DNA of 64,000 bases, from the NCBI GenBank assembly GCA_963718605.1, contig OY970363.1, positions 192,505 to 256,504 on the forward strand, read 5' to 3'. This DNA comes from an uncultured Actinomycetes bacterium (GTDB lineage Bacteria > Actinomycetota > Acidimicrobiia > Acidimicrobiales > JACCXE01). Below the pieces are notes generated by a model. The model was not told the origin of the DNA and did not search any database. It saw nothing but the letters and a program-made list of their open reading frames with translations. Shown here piece after piece: positions 57,389 through 64,000 of the stretch. Each line of letters begins with the position of its first letter. Within the stretch, counting starts at the first letter, position 1. A program made the translations under genes and the position numbers.

Positions 57389-58131
57389 CAACGGTCGCGG
57401 AAGCGCTGGCTCAGGCGGCGCACTGGGACGGCTACGTGGAGGAGCCGCCGGGGTCAAACAACACAGAGTTCGGCCGTTGGTACGGCGTGAACCCCGACTA
57501 TTGGTGTGCAATGTATGTATCGCGCGTGTTCTTCGATGCTGGGCTTCCGTTGCCGGCGTCGACGTCTAAGGGCTTCGCGTACACCCCACAGGGCGCCAAA
57601 TGGTTTATGGACAACCAACGATTCGTTGGGCCGTCAGCGCCGATCGCTCCTGGGATGGTGGTCTTCTACTACTACCCGAGCAAGAAGCGGATCGCTCACG
57701 TCGGCATCGTTGCCGACGTGATTGACAGTCAGCACTTTCACGCGTGGGAGGGCAACACCGATGCGGCCGGAGGTCGAACGGGCGGGCGCGTGATCAAGCA
57801 GACACGATCTCGTTCGACAGTCGGCGCGCACGGCGGGTTCGGCATACCGGCGCTGTCCGACTTGGTGTATCCGCCAGCGGATCAACAGGAGCCGACGCCT
57901 GCGACGGCTCCGCCGTACCCAGGCCGGGTGTTGAAGCTCACAAACCCGATGATGCGTGGTGAGGACGTCAAAAACTGGCAAGGCCGCATGGCCCAGATTG
58001 GATACAGGATCTCTAGTGACGGTGTCTACGGACGCGGTTCGGAAGGCGTCTGCAAGGAATTCCAACGCATGAAGGGACTCGGCGCAGACGGCCAGGTCGG
58101 ACCGAAGACGTGGAAAGCGAGTTGGGCGTAG
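57385..58131 (+). CDS. CHAP-domain peptidoglycan hydrolase with C-terminal peptidoglycan-binding (PG_binding_1) domain, endolysin-like
   Basis: GSNNTEFGRWYGVNPDYWCAMYVS (catalytic Cys context), IAHVGIVADV and HAWEGNT (His/polar residues of CHAP). C-terminal DGVYGRGSEGVCKEFQRMKGLGADGQVGPKTW is the PG-binding repeat. No signal peptide seen. Confidence 0.75.
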   Translation: MTTVAEALAQAAHWDGYVEEPPGSNNTEFGRWYGVNPDYWCAMYVSRVFFDAGLPLPASTSKGFAYTPQGAKWFMDNQRFVGPSAPIAPGMVVFYYYPSKKRIAHVGIVADVIDSQHFHAWEGNTDAAGGRTGGRVIKQTRSRSTVGAHGGFGIPALSDLVYPPADQQEPTPATAPPYPGRVLKLTNPMMRGEDVKNWQGRMAQIGYRISSDGVYGRGSEGVCKEFQRMKGLGADGQVGPKTWKASWA

Positions 58132-58196
58132 CAGGCGAGGCGGTCACGACGAGCACCTCCTCCCACTGGTTCACTCCGTAGAAATCGAGGGCGAAA

Positions 58197-58658
58197 ATGT
58201 TGGTTGTCGCAGCGACGAAGCTCTTCCAAAACTTCAACGTCCATCACTTCGTGGTGACCGTCTGGCAGCACCATCCGCTCGTCCGAAGTTCGATCGGTGC
58301 GCTCGTACTCGGGGGGATCGGAGGCGGAGCGTATGTGACGGCCGTGCTCCTCGGCTTCCTTGGGTCAGACACTCTCGAACAATTCCGCGCTCGCTTTACC
58401 GTCTTCACTCCACCGCCTCAACCCGCCCGGCAAGTCTTGTCCCGAGCGCGCCTCGGCGTCTTCATCTTCTTCGGCGCTGCGGTTGCGTTCGTATTCCAAC
58501 TCGCGCAGGGCAAAACGTTCGCTCCGATTCAGGCGTTTGTGCTCGGGGCCACGTGGACCACGGTCGTCGCTCAGATGATATCGAATAGTGCGCAGGGAGA
58601 CATGAAGAAGAATCAAGAACTAGCCCAGGCCATCCGAGGGTTAGATACGGCCGGCTAA
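58197..58658 (+). CDS. small membrane protein, about three predicted TM helices (holin-like position)
   Basis: Hydrophobic stretches SIGALVLGGIGGGAYVTAVLLGFLG, LGVFIFFGAAVAFVFQLA and FAPIQAFVLGATWTTVVAQMI. It lies directly after the CHAP gene. Confidence 0.5.
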   Translation: MLVVAATKLFQNFNVHHFVVTVWQHHPLVRSSIGALVLGGIGGGAYVTAVLLGFLGSDTLEQFRARFTVFTPPPQPARQVLSRARLGVFIFFGAAVAFVFQLAQGKTFAPIQAFVLGATWTTVVAQMISNSAQGDMKKNQELAQAIRGLDTAG

Positions 58659-58670
58659 CGAGGAGACAAC

Positions 58671-59081
58671 ATGGCAGCCTTCGACAACCTTTCACGCGTA
58701 CAGATTGGCCAGCTCATAGATCACGAGACCGACAAGGCGGTCACGGTCTCACCTAGCTCGACGCTCAAGGCCGCGGCAGCGAAGTTGAAAGACACTCCCT
58801 CGCGGAGCATCGTCGTCGTCGACGAGACGAAAAAGCTCGTCGGAATCCTCACGCAGAGCGACTTCACCAAGGCGGTCGAGGACGGGCTGTCGCCGGACAC
58901 GAAAGTGTCAACACTGCTCAAGGAGAAGGACATGCCGACGACGATCGACAAGTCCGTCACGCTGTCGGACTTCGTCGGGACCGTCGGACCCAAGTCCACG
59001 GTGATCATCCACGACGCTGATGCCACGTACGTCGTGAAGCGCTCAGTCCTCGCAGATCGCGTGGAGCGGAATCTTCTCTAG
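58671..59081 (+). CDS. CBS-pair domain protein
   Basis: 136 aa with AGGAG 6 nt upstream. VTVSPSSTLKAAAAKLKDTPSRSIVVVDETKKLVGILTQSDF plus a second half-repeat (TIDKSVTLSDF...VIIHDADATYVVKRSVL) fit tandem CBS motifs. Confidence 0.7.
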   Translation: MAAFDNLSRVQIGQLIDHETDKAVTVSPSSTLKAAAAKLKDTPSRSIVVVDETKKLVGILTQSDFTKAVEDGLSPDTKVSTLLKEKDMPTTIDKSVTLSDFVGTVGPKSTVIIHDADATYVVKRSVLADRVERNLL

Positions 59082-59168
59082 TCGCGAAGTGCCGTGTCGG
59101 TGGCGGCCATCAAGCCAGCATCTTCACGTGCCGGCCAGTCCTCCAAGTCGACGACCACGTGTTCACGT

Positions 59169-60131
59169 ATGACGCCGGCGCTGAGGCACGAGCTGGGAAT
59201 CATTGGCGGAGGCGTGGCCGTGCAAATGGCGCGGCCCGCGCTCGCGGCGTACAGCCGCGTCGCGATTCACCACCTGGGCGGAAATTCCTTCGAATACCCC
59301 GAGTTCGACTTCGTCGCCGAGGTCGGCGAATTGCTCGACCCTCGTCGTGTACAGGCGATCTATATCGCCACCCCCGTGCACTTACACGTCGACTTCATCA
59401 AGCAAGCGATACGCGCGGGGCTCCCGGTGCTCGTGGAGAAACCTCTCGGCATCGACGCTGACGACGTCGGGCGCCTAGGCAGCGCAGACACCTCTCGTGT
59501 CGCCGTCGCGTTTCGGAAGCGATACTCAGACCTCGCGGCTGCGCTGCGCGCCGCCCGGAACAACGGGTACGGTCCGTTCTCTCTCAAGATGACATGGTTC
59601 GCGCCCCACCCAGGGGTAGACCACTGGAAGGCAGCACCCAGCCGAACCGGAGGCGGCGTTTGCTTGGACCTGGCCTCACACGCGTTCGACCTCGTCGAGT
59701 TCTGCTTGGGACGTGTAACCGCGATCAGAGTCGTCGACTATCGCGTGAGACGCGATACGGAGGCCGACGAGTACGTCCAGGTGGTCGCGGACGTCGCGGA
59801 TGGATCACAGGTCCGACTTGAACTCGGCTGGGCAACAGGCACGCCACTGGAAATGGTGACCGTTGCGAGTCCGTCTTCCCACTTCGTCTGGGTCAAGGAA
59901 CCCGCTTCAACTGAGAGCGTGCTCGTCACCGCGAGTCGCGGTGAGGTGCAGCGAGCGACCTGCCACCGCAGCGACGAGTACGCGCGCATGTTCCGCGACT
60001 TCGACGCGTTCGCGCACGGCGGCGGCCACGAGCTCGCTACCTGGCAAGACGGCGTCCGCAACCTCGGTTTGATTACCCAAGTGCTGACGGCAATCTACTC
60101 CTCCGACGATCGGAACGAGACCGCGACGTGA
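59169..60131 (+). CDS. Gfo/Idh/MocA family oxidoreductase
   Basis: HELGIIGGGVAVQMARPAL (Rossmann fold), VQAIYIATPVHLHVDFIKQAIRAGLPVLVEKPLG (EKP motif). Start set to ATG 59169; GTG 59094 is possible. The stop overlaps the next gene (GTGA). Confidence 0.8.
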   Translation: MTPALRHELGIIGGGVAVQMARPALAAYSRVAIHHLGGNSFEYPEFDFVAEVGELLDPRRVQAIYIATPVHLHVDFIKQAIRAGLPVLVEKPLGIDADDVGRLGSADTSRVAVAFRKRYSDLAAALRAARNNGYGPFSLKMTWFAPHPGVDHWKAAPSRTGGGVCLDLASHAFDLVEFCLGRVTAIRVVDYRVRRDTEADEYVQVVADVADGSQVRLELGWATGTPLEMVTVASPSSHFVWVKEPASTESVLVTASRGEVQRATCHRSDEYARMFRDFDAFAHGGGHELATWQDGVRNLGLITQVLTAIYSSDDRNETAT

Positions 60132-61282
60132 CCGATTGGCGATGGCCGGATCCACACCCGACCGACGATCGAGAGGCTGGCTACCTGCGTCAAGCACTTG
60201 GCAACCCAGATTGGTCCCACGCCGACCTTTGCAACGAGTTCGAACAGCGATTCGCGCAGTACCTCGGAGTTCGACATGCACTGCTCGTTCCGAGCGGCAC
60301 TGCAGCAATCCACATGACCCTCGTCGCCGCGGGCATCGAACCGGGACAGGAAGTAATCCTGCCCGGCATCACCTGGCCATCAGTCGTGTACGCGATTATC
60401 AAGGCGGGCGGAGTCCCCCGGACCGTGGACATCTCCGCTGGCAGCCTTTGCCTCACCGCAGAGGCCGTCGAAGAGGCCATCACCGAGCGAACGTTCGCCG
60501 TCCTGGCAACCCACCTCTTCGGGTCGCAGTGCGATATGGAGGCCCTCTGCGAAGTAGCAGCGCGACATCGGGTCCTCGTCATTGAGGACGCAGCACAGGC
60601 GGTCGGTGCCGTCCAACGCGGGAGGTCGTGCGGGACCTGGGGCTTGGCCGGAGCATTCAGCTTGAACGACAAGAAGGTCCTTGCGTGCGGAGAGGGCGGC
60701 GTCATCGTGACCGACGACAACGAGCTCATGGATGAGTTGCGTATTCACCAGCTAATCCTTCCGGAGCGAGCCAACGTCCCAGCGACCGTTCCGGGCACAT
60801 ACAAGATCAGCGAATTCCAGGCTGCTGTAGGACTGGGGCAGCTTGAGAAGCTCCCCGTGAGACTGGAAATAATGCACCGCAACGCCGATCGGTTGGCCGA
60901 AGTGTTGGCGACCCGGACCGCACTCATCTCTCGCCAGGCCGTTCCGCCGGGCGTCACAACTCACACCCTCTATAACTTCTGCTTCAACGTCGAGGGACCT
61001 CGGACACCACTATTCAGGCATCGGTTGTCGGAAGAGCTCGGGCTCCGGGTGTCGCTCCCCTACCGACCTTTGCGAGAGATCACAGACTTTCATCCCTCGT
61101 CCCAGCCGCTGGATCAGGCGAGCCGTCAGAACCTCGATCTCCGGCATCCGAACTGTGAAGACGCGTATCGTGAACGAACGCTGCGCCTTCCCCACTACGT
61201 CCTTCGGAGCAACCTCGCGACTATTGATCGCTTGGCTCACACGATTGTGGACCTCTTTGACGCATCGATCGTGGCTCGATGA
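60128..61282 (+). CDS. DegT/DnrJ/EryC1/StrS family PLP-dependent (sugar) aminotransferase
   Basis: ALLVPSGTAAIHMTL, VLVIEDAAQAVGA and FSLNDKKVLACGEGGVIVTDD (PLP-lysine region) are hallmark motifs of this family. Confidence 0.85.
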   Translation: MTDWRWPDPHPTDDREAGYLRQALGNPDWSHADLCNEFEQRFAQYLGVRHALLVPSGTAAIHMTLVAAGIEPGQEVILPGITWPSVVYAIIKAGGVPRTVDISAGSLCLTAEAVEEAITERTFAVLATHLFGSQCDMEALCEVAARHRVLVIEDAAQAVGAVQRGRSCGTWGLAGAFSLNDKKVLACGEGGVIVTDDNELMDELRIHQLILPERANVPATVPGTYKISEFQAAVGLGQLEKLPVRLEIMHRNADRLAEVLATRTALISRQAVPPGVTTHTLYNFCFNVEGPRTPLFRHRLSEELGLRVSLPYRPLREITDFHPSSQPLDQASRQNLDLRHPNCEDAYRERTLRLPHYVLRSNLATIDRLAHTIVDLFDASIVAR

Positions 61283-62034
61283 GCGACCGGAGACTGGCGA
61301 CCATCGTTGCCTTGGTGGTGGTCGTGGCCCTAACCGCGGTCTCCTGCATCCTCATCGTGCTCAACGGCGACGGGGCCGCAGAGTTCGAACTGTTCGGACA
61401 GCGTTTCTCGTCAACCAATATCGGGCTCGGCGTGCTGTTCCTTGCAGTGGTCGTTCTGGTCATCACGCTTCGGCGATCCGACGGGACGGACCCAGCCACG
61501 GCAACGGCCAACGAGGTCCTAGCCGCGAGCGCTTCTGGCGAGCAGATCTCGTGGGACGAATTCATTAGCGGTGTCCAAGCACTCGTGCTCAAGCTGACAG
61601 CGGCGGATGGCTTCCGTCCAGATCTCGTCGTCGGGATCTGCGGCGGCGGACTGATGGTCGCAGACTTGGTCGCGAAACGACTCGGCCACATCCCGTGCCT
61701 TGCGATCTGGCCCGATCGCCACTCACACAAGCCCGGGTCAGCGTTCGGCGGGCTCGCGTCCCGAATTAACCAGATCGATCTCGATGGCGTCTTACGGGAC
61801 CTCGCGGCTAATCGCGTCCTCGTCATCGACGACGTCATTTACAGCGGCAAGACCCTAAGGGAGGGAATGGAGTTCCTGGTCGAGCGAAGCAGTCTCATTC
61901 GCGAAGGTGCGGTCGAGATCCAGTGCGCCGCCCTCTTTGCTCTCACTTCTTCGGCGTTCAAAGCAGACTTCACGATCTACCAGGACTCGGTGCGTCGGAA
62001 GATGATGCCTTCGTCAGACCGGCTGCGGCGGTAG
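61279..62034 (+). CDS. membrane-anchored phosphoribosyltransferase-domain protein
   Basis: Two N-terminal hydrophobic helices (LATIVALVVVVALTAVSCILIVL; IGLGVLFLAVVVLVITL). Then ISWDEFISGV...PDLVVGICGGGLMVADL and RVLVIDDVIYSGKTL (PRPP-binding loop). ATG overlaps the upstream stop (ATGA). Confidence 0.65.
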   Translation: MSDRRLATIVALVVVVALTAVSCILIVLNGDGAAEFELFGQRFSSTNIGLGVLFLAVVVLVITLRRSDGTDPATATANEVLAASASGEQISWDEFISGVQALVLKLTAADGFRPDLVVGICGGGLMVADLVAKRLGHIPCLAIWPDRHSHKPGSAFGGLASRINQIDLDGVLRDLAANRVLVIDDVIYSGKTLREGMEFLVERSSLIREGAVEIQCAALFALTSSAFKADFTIYQDSVRRKMMPSSDRLRR

Positions 62035-62718
62035 GCCCGACTCGAACGCGCGATCAATCGCCGTTCGAAGGGCGTCGACGGAAGCAAAGACCTCGGATGC
62101 GCCAGCGCCCGCTAAAGCTTTCGCCCGTGACTCATCAACAGGCGCACCGCCCGTGAAGCCCCATACCGGAACACCAACTTCCCTCGCTGCCCGAACACCT
62201 TCAGCACTGTCTTCTACCGCAAGGCAATCCACGCTCGACACTCCCAAGCGTGACAAAGCCACGGCGTACGTCGTCGTCTTGATCGGAGCACCAACCTCAG
62301 TCCCGAAGATTCGGTTCGCGGGCACCACGTCCGAGGCGCCGACGAGATCCAGCTTGCGTGCGACGGACTCCTGATCGCTCGAAGACACGATCGCCACGTT
62401 GTGGCGATATTGCTCAAGAAGCTCCGCGATTCCCTCGATGAGACTCAGATCGGTTTCATACCGATCCCACCGAGCCGAATGAAGTCTGGCCTTCAAATCC
62501 GCCGACGGGATGGCAACCTTCTCTCGATCAAGGCGTTCCTCCAACAAAGCCAGGTGACGTCCTTCAGAAAGTCCCAGCGTGATCTCCCGGTAGTCGGCAG
62601 GTGGCAGGACCACGCCGAGTGTCGATAAGACGGCGAGCTCTGCCTGCTCAGCGAGGGTTTCGGAGTTAACGAGCACTCCATCACAGTCAAGGAGCAAGAA
62701 CCGAGGTCGAAGATGCAC
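62014..62718 (-). CDS. HAD-superfamily hydrolase (beta-phosphoglucomutase-like subfamily)
   Basis: FLLLDCDGVLVNSE (DxDG motif I), VAIVSSS, and the C-terminal AVEDSAEGVRAAREVG (motif IV). Start set to GTG 62718. The 90-codon upstream extension of ORF 62014..62988 is Arg-rich and covers the repeat element. The 3' end overlaps the convergent PRTase gene by 21 nt. Confidence 0.7.
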   Translation of the reverse strand: MHLRPRFLLLDCDGVLVNSETLAEQAELAVLSTLGVVLPPADYREITLGLSEGRHLALLEERLDREKVAIPSADLKARLHSARWDRYETDLSLIEGIAELLEQYRHNVAIVSSSDQESVARKLDLVGASDVVPANRIFGTEVGAPIKTTTYAVALSRLGVSSVDCLAVEDSAEGVRAAREVGVPVWGFTGGAPVDESRAKALAGAGASEVFASVDALRTAIDRAFESGLPPQPV

Positions 62719-62855
62719 CGTTTCGATCCTCCCATAGGGTGGTGCGAGCGAGACCGAATCGGACAGCCCTACCCGTTTCCGGATTGCGATGAACTTTCGA
62801 AACCGTCCAACCGCGCTAAGCGCTCGCTCGCGGGCAGCCCGACGAGTGCTTCCGA

Positions 62856-62975
62856 TTGGGAACCTGAATTTGGCGGATGTCGGCGCGCACCCGCGAACGT
62901 TTGAGCAGCTCCGACAGGGTGAGGGACCTCGGCGGACGGGAACGAACGTCCGGGGATGCGCCATAAATGCGCCAT
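62856..62975. repeat. 120-bp imperfect direct repeat, copy 2 (partner 41420-41539)
   Basis: It ends in a perfect tandem 9-mer, atgcgccat-aa-atgcgccat (62956-62975). It lies between the MazG-like gene stop and the HAD gene start on the minus strand. Confidence 0.8.
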
Positions 62976-63036
62976 GCGTTTTTCTCACGTACGACTGGGC
63001 CCGCCCTCACGGTCGAACTGGCGGTCAGGAGGCCAT

Positions 63037-63462
63037 CTATTTGCGCGGTTGCTTTAGTGCCGTCCGAAGATCCGGTGGTTCGTACGCCGAGCCTTTCAAG
63101 ATCTTCCCGTCACTTCGCCGTTTAACACCACTGTCGACCTTCGTCATATTCGAGCGATGTACTTCTCTGAAGACAGCGTCGAGATCGATACCGTAAACGA
63201 GGGCTGTGCCGCACACGACATAGAGGATGTCAGCCAAAGCGTCGGCAATATCAAAGATGCTCTCGCGCGAGACGGCGTCCACCAACTCAGCCACTTCCTC
63301 CTCGAGCAACCGCATCCGGAGCGAGGCCTTGTCTGCACCGATCGACGCCGAGGGCGCGTCGCGCATAGCGACTCCAACCGCCTCGTGAAACCTTCGGACT
63401 AGCTCAAACGGGGTCGCGTCGGCGTCATGAGTTGGCTCATCTCGGGCGCGGACGTCAGCCAT
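63037..63462 (-). CDS. MazG-like nucleotide pyrophosphohydrolase family protein
   Basis: LRMRLLEEEVAELVDAV...IADALADILYVVCGTALVYGIDLDAVFREVHRSNMTK fits the all-alpha NTP-PPase (MazG-like) fold signature. ATG 63462 lies inside the last codons of the upstream ORF (ATGGCTGA overlap). Confidence 0.65.
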   Translation of the reverse strand: MADVRARDEPTHDADATPFELVRRFHEAVGVAMRDAPSASIGADKASLRMRLLEEEVAELVDAVSRESIFDIADALADILYVVCGTALVYGIDLDAVFREVHRSNMTKVDSGVKRRSDGKILKGSAYEPPDLRTALKQPRK

Positions 63463-64000
63463 GGCGTCCGGCGACGGAAACAGAGAACCCAAGTGATTCG
63501 ACGAAACCACGCAGTCTCCGCACGGTCAGATACGGAGCGCAGGAGCCAACGTACTGACCTTCAAGGTCGTCCCAGTTTGCCCGCAACTCGCGGTACAGCC
63601 GATTAGTGAGCGTCTTGGTCCGACCTCGCAAAGCGATAACGCAATCAGACAGCACAAGCGGTTGATCGGCACTGACCAGCACCAGCTTGTCCCGGCTGGG
63701 GGCGCCTACGCGAGGAAGGAGTACCGCGAAACCCTCCACGACTCGGCCCGATGCTGCCACCCAGGGCCCGCGCTCGATCGACTTCGACCGGATGTGTGTC
63801 GAATGCACGAGCCGGAAGCCAGTCTTCGGGCCCGCCGTAGTCACCCTGTGCATCTGTTGGACACCACGGATCAAGTCGATGTCAGCGCCAATCAGCGACT
63901 CCCCGCGAGACCGCGGTTTGTTAGCCGGCGTGAGATCGGCCCGAAGAGCGCCTCGATGAATGTCGGTCAGGACAACAAGCTTTACCGTCGCATGTTCGCC
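63455..64000 (-). CDS. hypothetical protein, 5'-truncated by window edge (weak resemblance to target-recognition domains of restriction-modification proteins)
   Basis: The reading frame is open from 64000 down to TGA at 63455 by my manual check. The track's TTG start at 63874 is internal. LLPRVGAPSRDKLVLVSADQPLVLSDCVIALRGRT...LYRELRANW loosely recalls HsdS/MTase TRD patterns. I have no firm call. Confidence 0.3.
   Translation of the reverse strand, partial: GEHATVKLVVLTDIHRGALRADLTPANKPRSRGESLIGADIDLIRGVQQMHRVTTAGPKTGFRLVHSTHIRSKSIERGPWVAASGRVVEGFAVLLPRVGAPSRDKLVLVSADQPLVLSDCVIALRGRTKTLTNRLYRELRANWDDLEGQYVGSCAPYLTVRRLRGFVESLGFSVSVAGRHG

Noticed and set aside
41370-63000. Calling the island an active integrative element
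   Set aside because: I found no integrase, recombinase, transposase or tRNA target. The flanking repeats are only 74% identical, so at most this is an ancient or degenerate insertion.
57191-64000. Interpretation as an intact prophage
   Set aside because: Only a lysis-like trio and a MazG-like gene are phage-flavoured. No structural, packaging, replication or integrase genes are present in the window.
1-64000. tRNA, rRNA, riboswitch or CRISPR features
   Set aside because: None was recognised by eye in the few non-coding gaps. Without tRNAscan/Infernal I cannot exclude small RNAs, and the 120-bp repeat is the only candidate.

Overview
High-GC, actinobacterium-like 64-kb window (taxon is inference from GC, GTG/TTG starts and many stop/start overlaps). 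It has three parts. (1) 1-5.2 kb: a glyco-tailoring cassette with a bi-domain oxidoreductase, a PIG-L deacetylase, a SAM methyltransferase and a GT-B glycosyltransferase. (2) 5.2-41.4 kb: a minus-strand NRPS gene cluster ordered type II thioesterase, PNPOx-like flavoprotein, PPTase, heme-oxygenase-like di-iron enzyme, NRPS-A (A-T-sulfotransferase), NRPS-B (2 modules), NRPS-C (5 modules with E and TE) and a PhyH-type dioxygenase, followed by two divergent ABC exporter genes. The NRPS genes consist of multi-kb, essentially identical module repeats that differ only in short adenylation-domain specificity cores. The repeated scaffold has an extreme G/T-ending codon bias that the flanking genes lack. 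My manual specificity-code reading gives X-X-Val-Gln-Val-Gly-(D)Leu-Leu. (3) 41.4-64 kb: an accessory, defence-type island. It contains a tightly coupled four-gene operon (Schlafen/AlbA_2 protein, Zn-ribbon/TPR-like CHAT protease, DUF2384-type antitoxin-like protein, RES toxin), which is my best candidate for an undescribed system. It also holds a large frameshifted helical ORF, a NERD/PD-(D/E)xK-like protein, a Gabija-like OLD-ATPase plus UvrD-helicase pair, a lysis-like cassette, a CBS/oxidoreductase/aminotransferase/membrane-PRTase operon, and HAD, MazG-like and a partial ORF. A 120-bp imperfect direct repeat (74% identity, ungapped) sits at 41420-41539 and 62856-62975 and brackets most of the island. 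I saw no rRNA, tRNA, CRISPR array, transposase or integrase.
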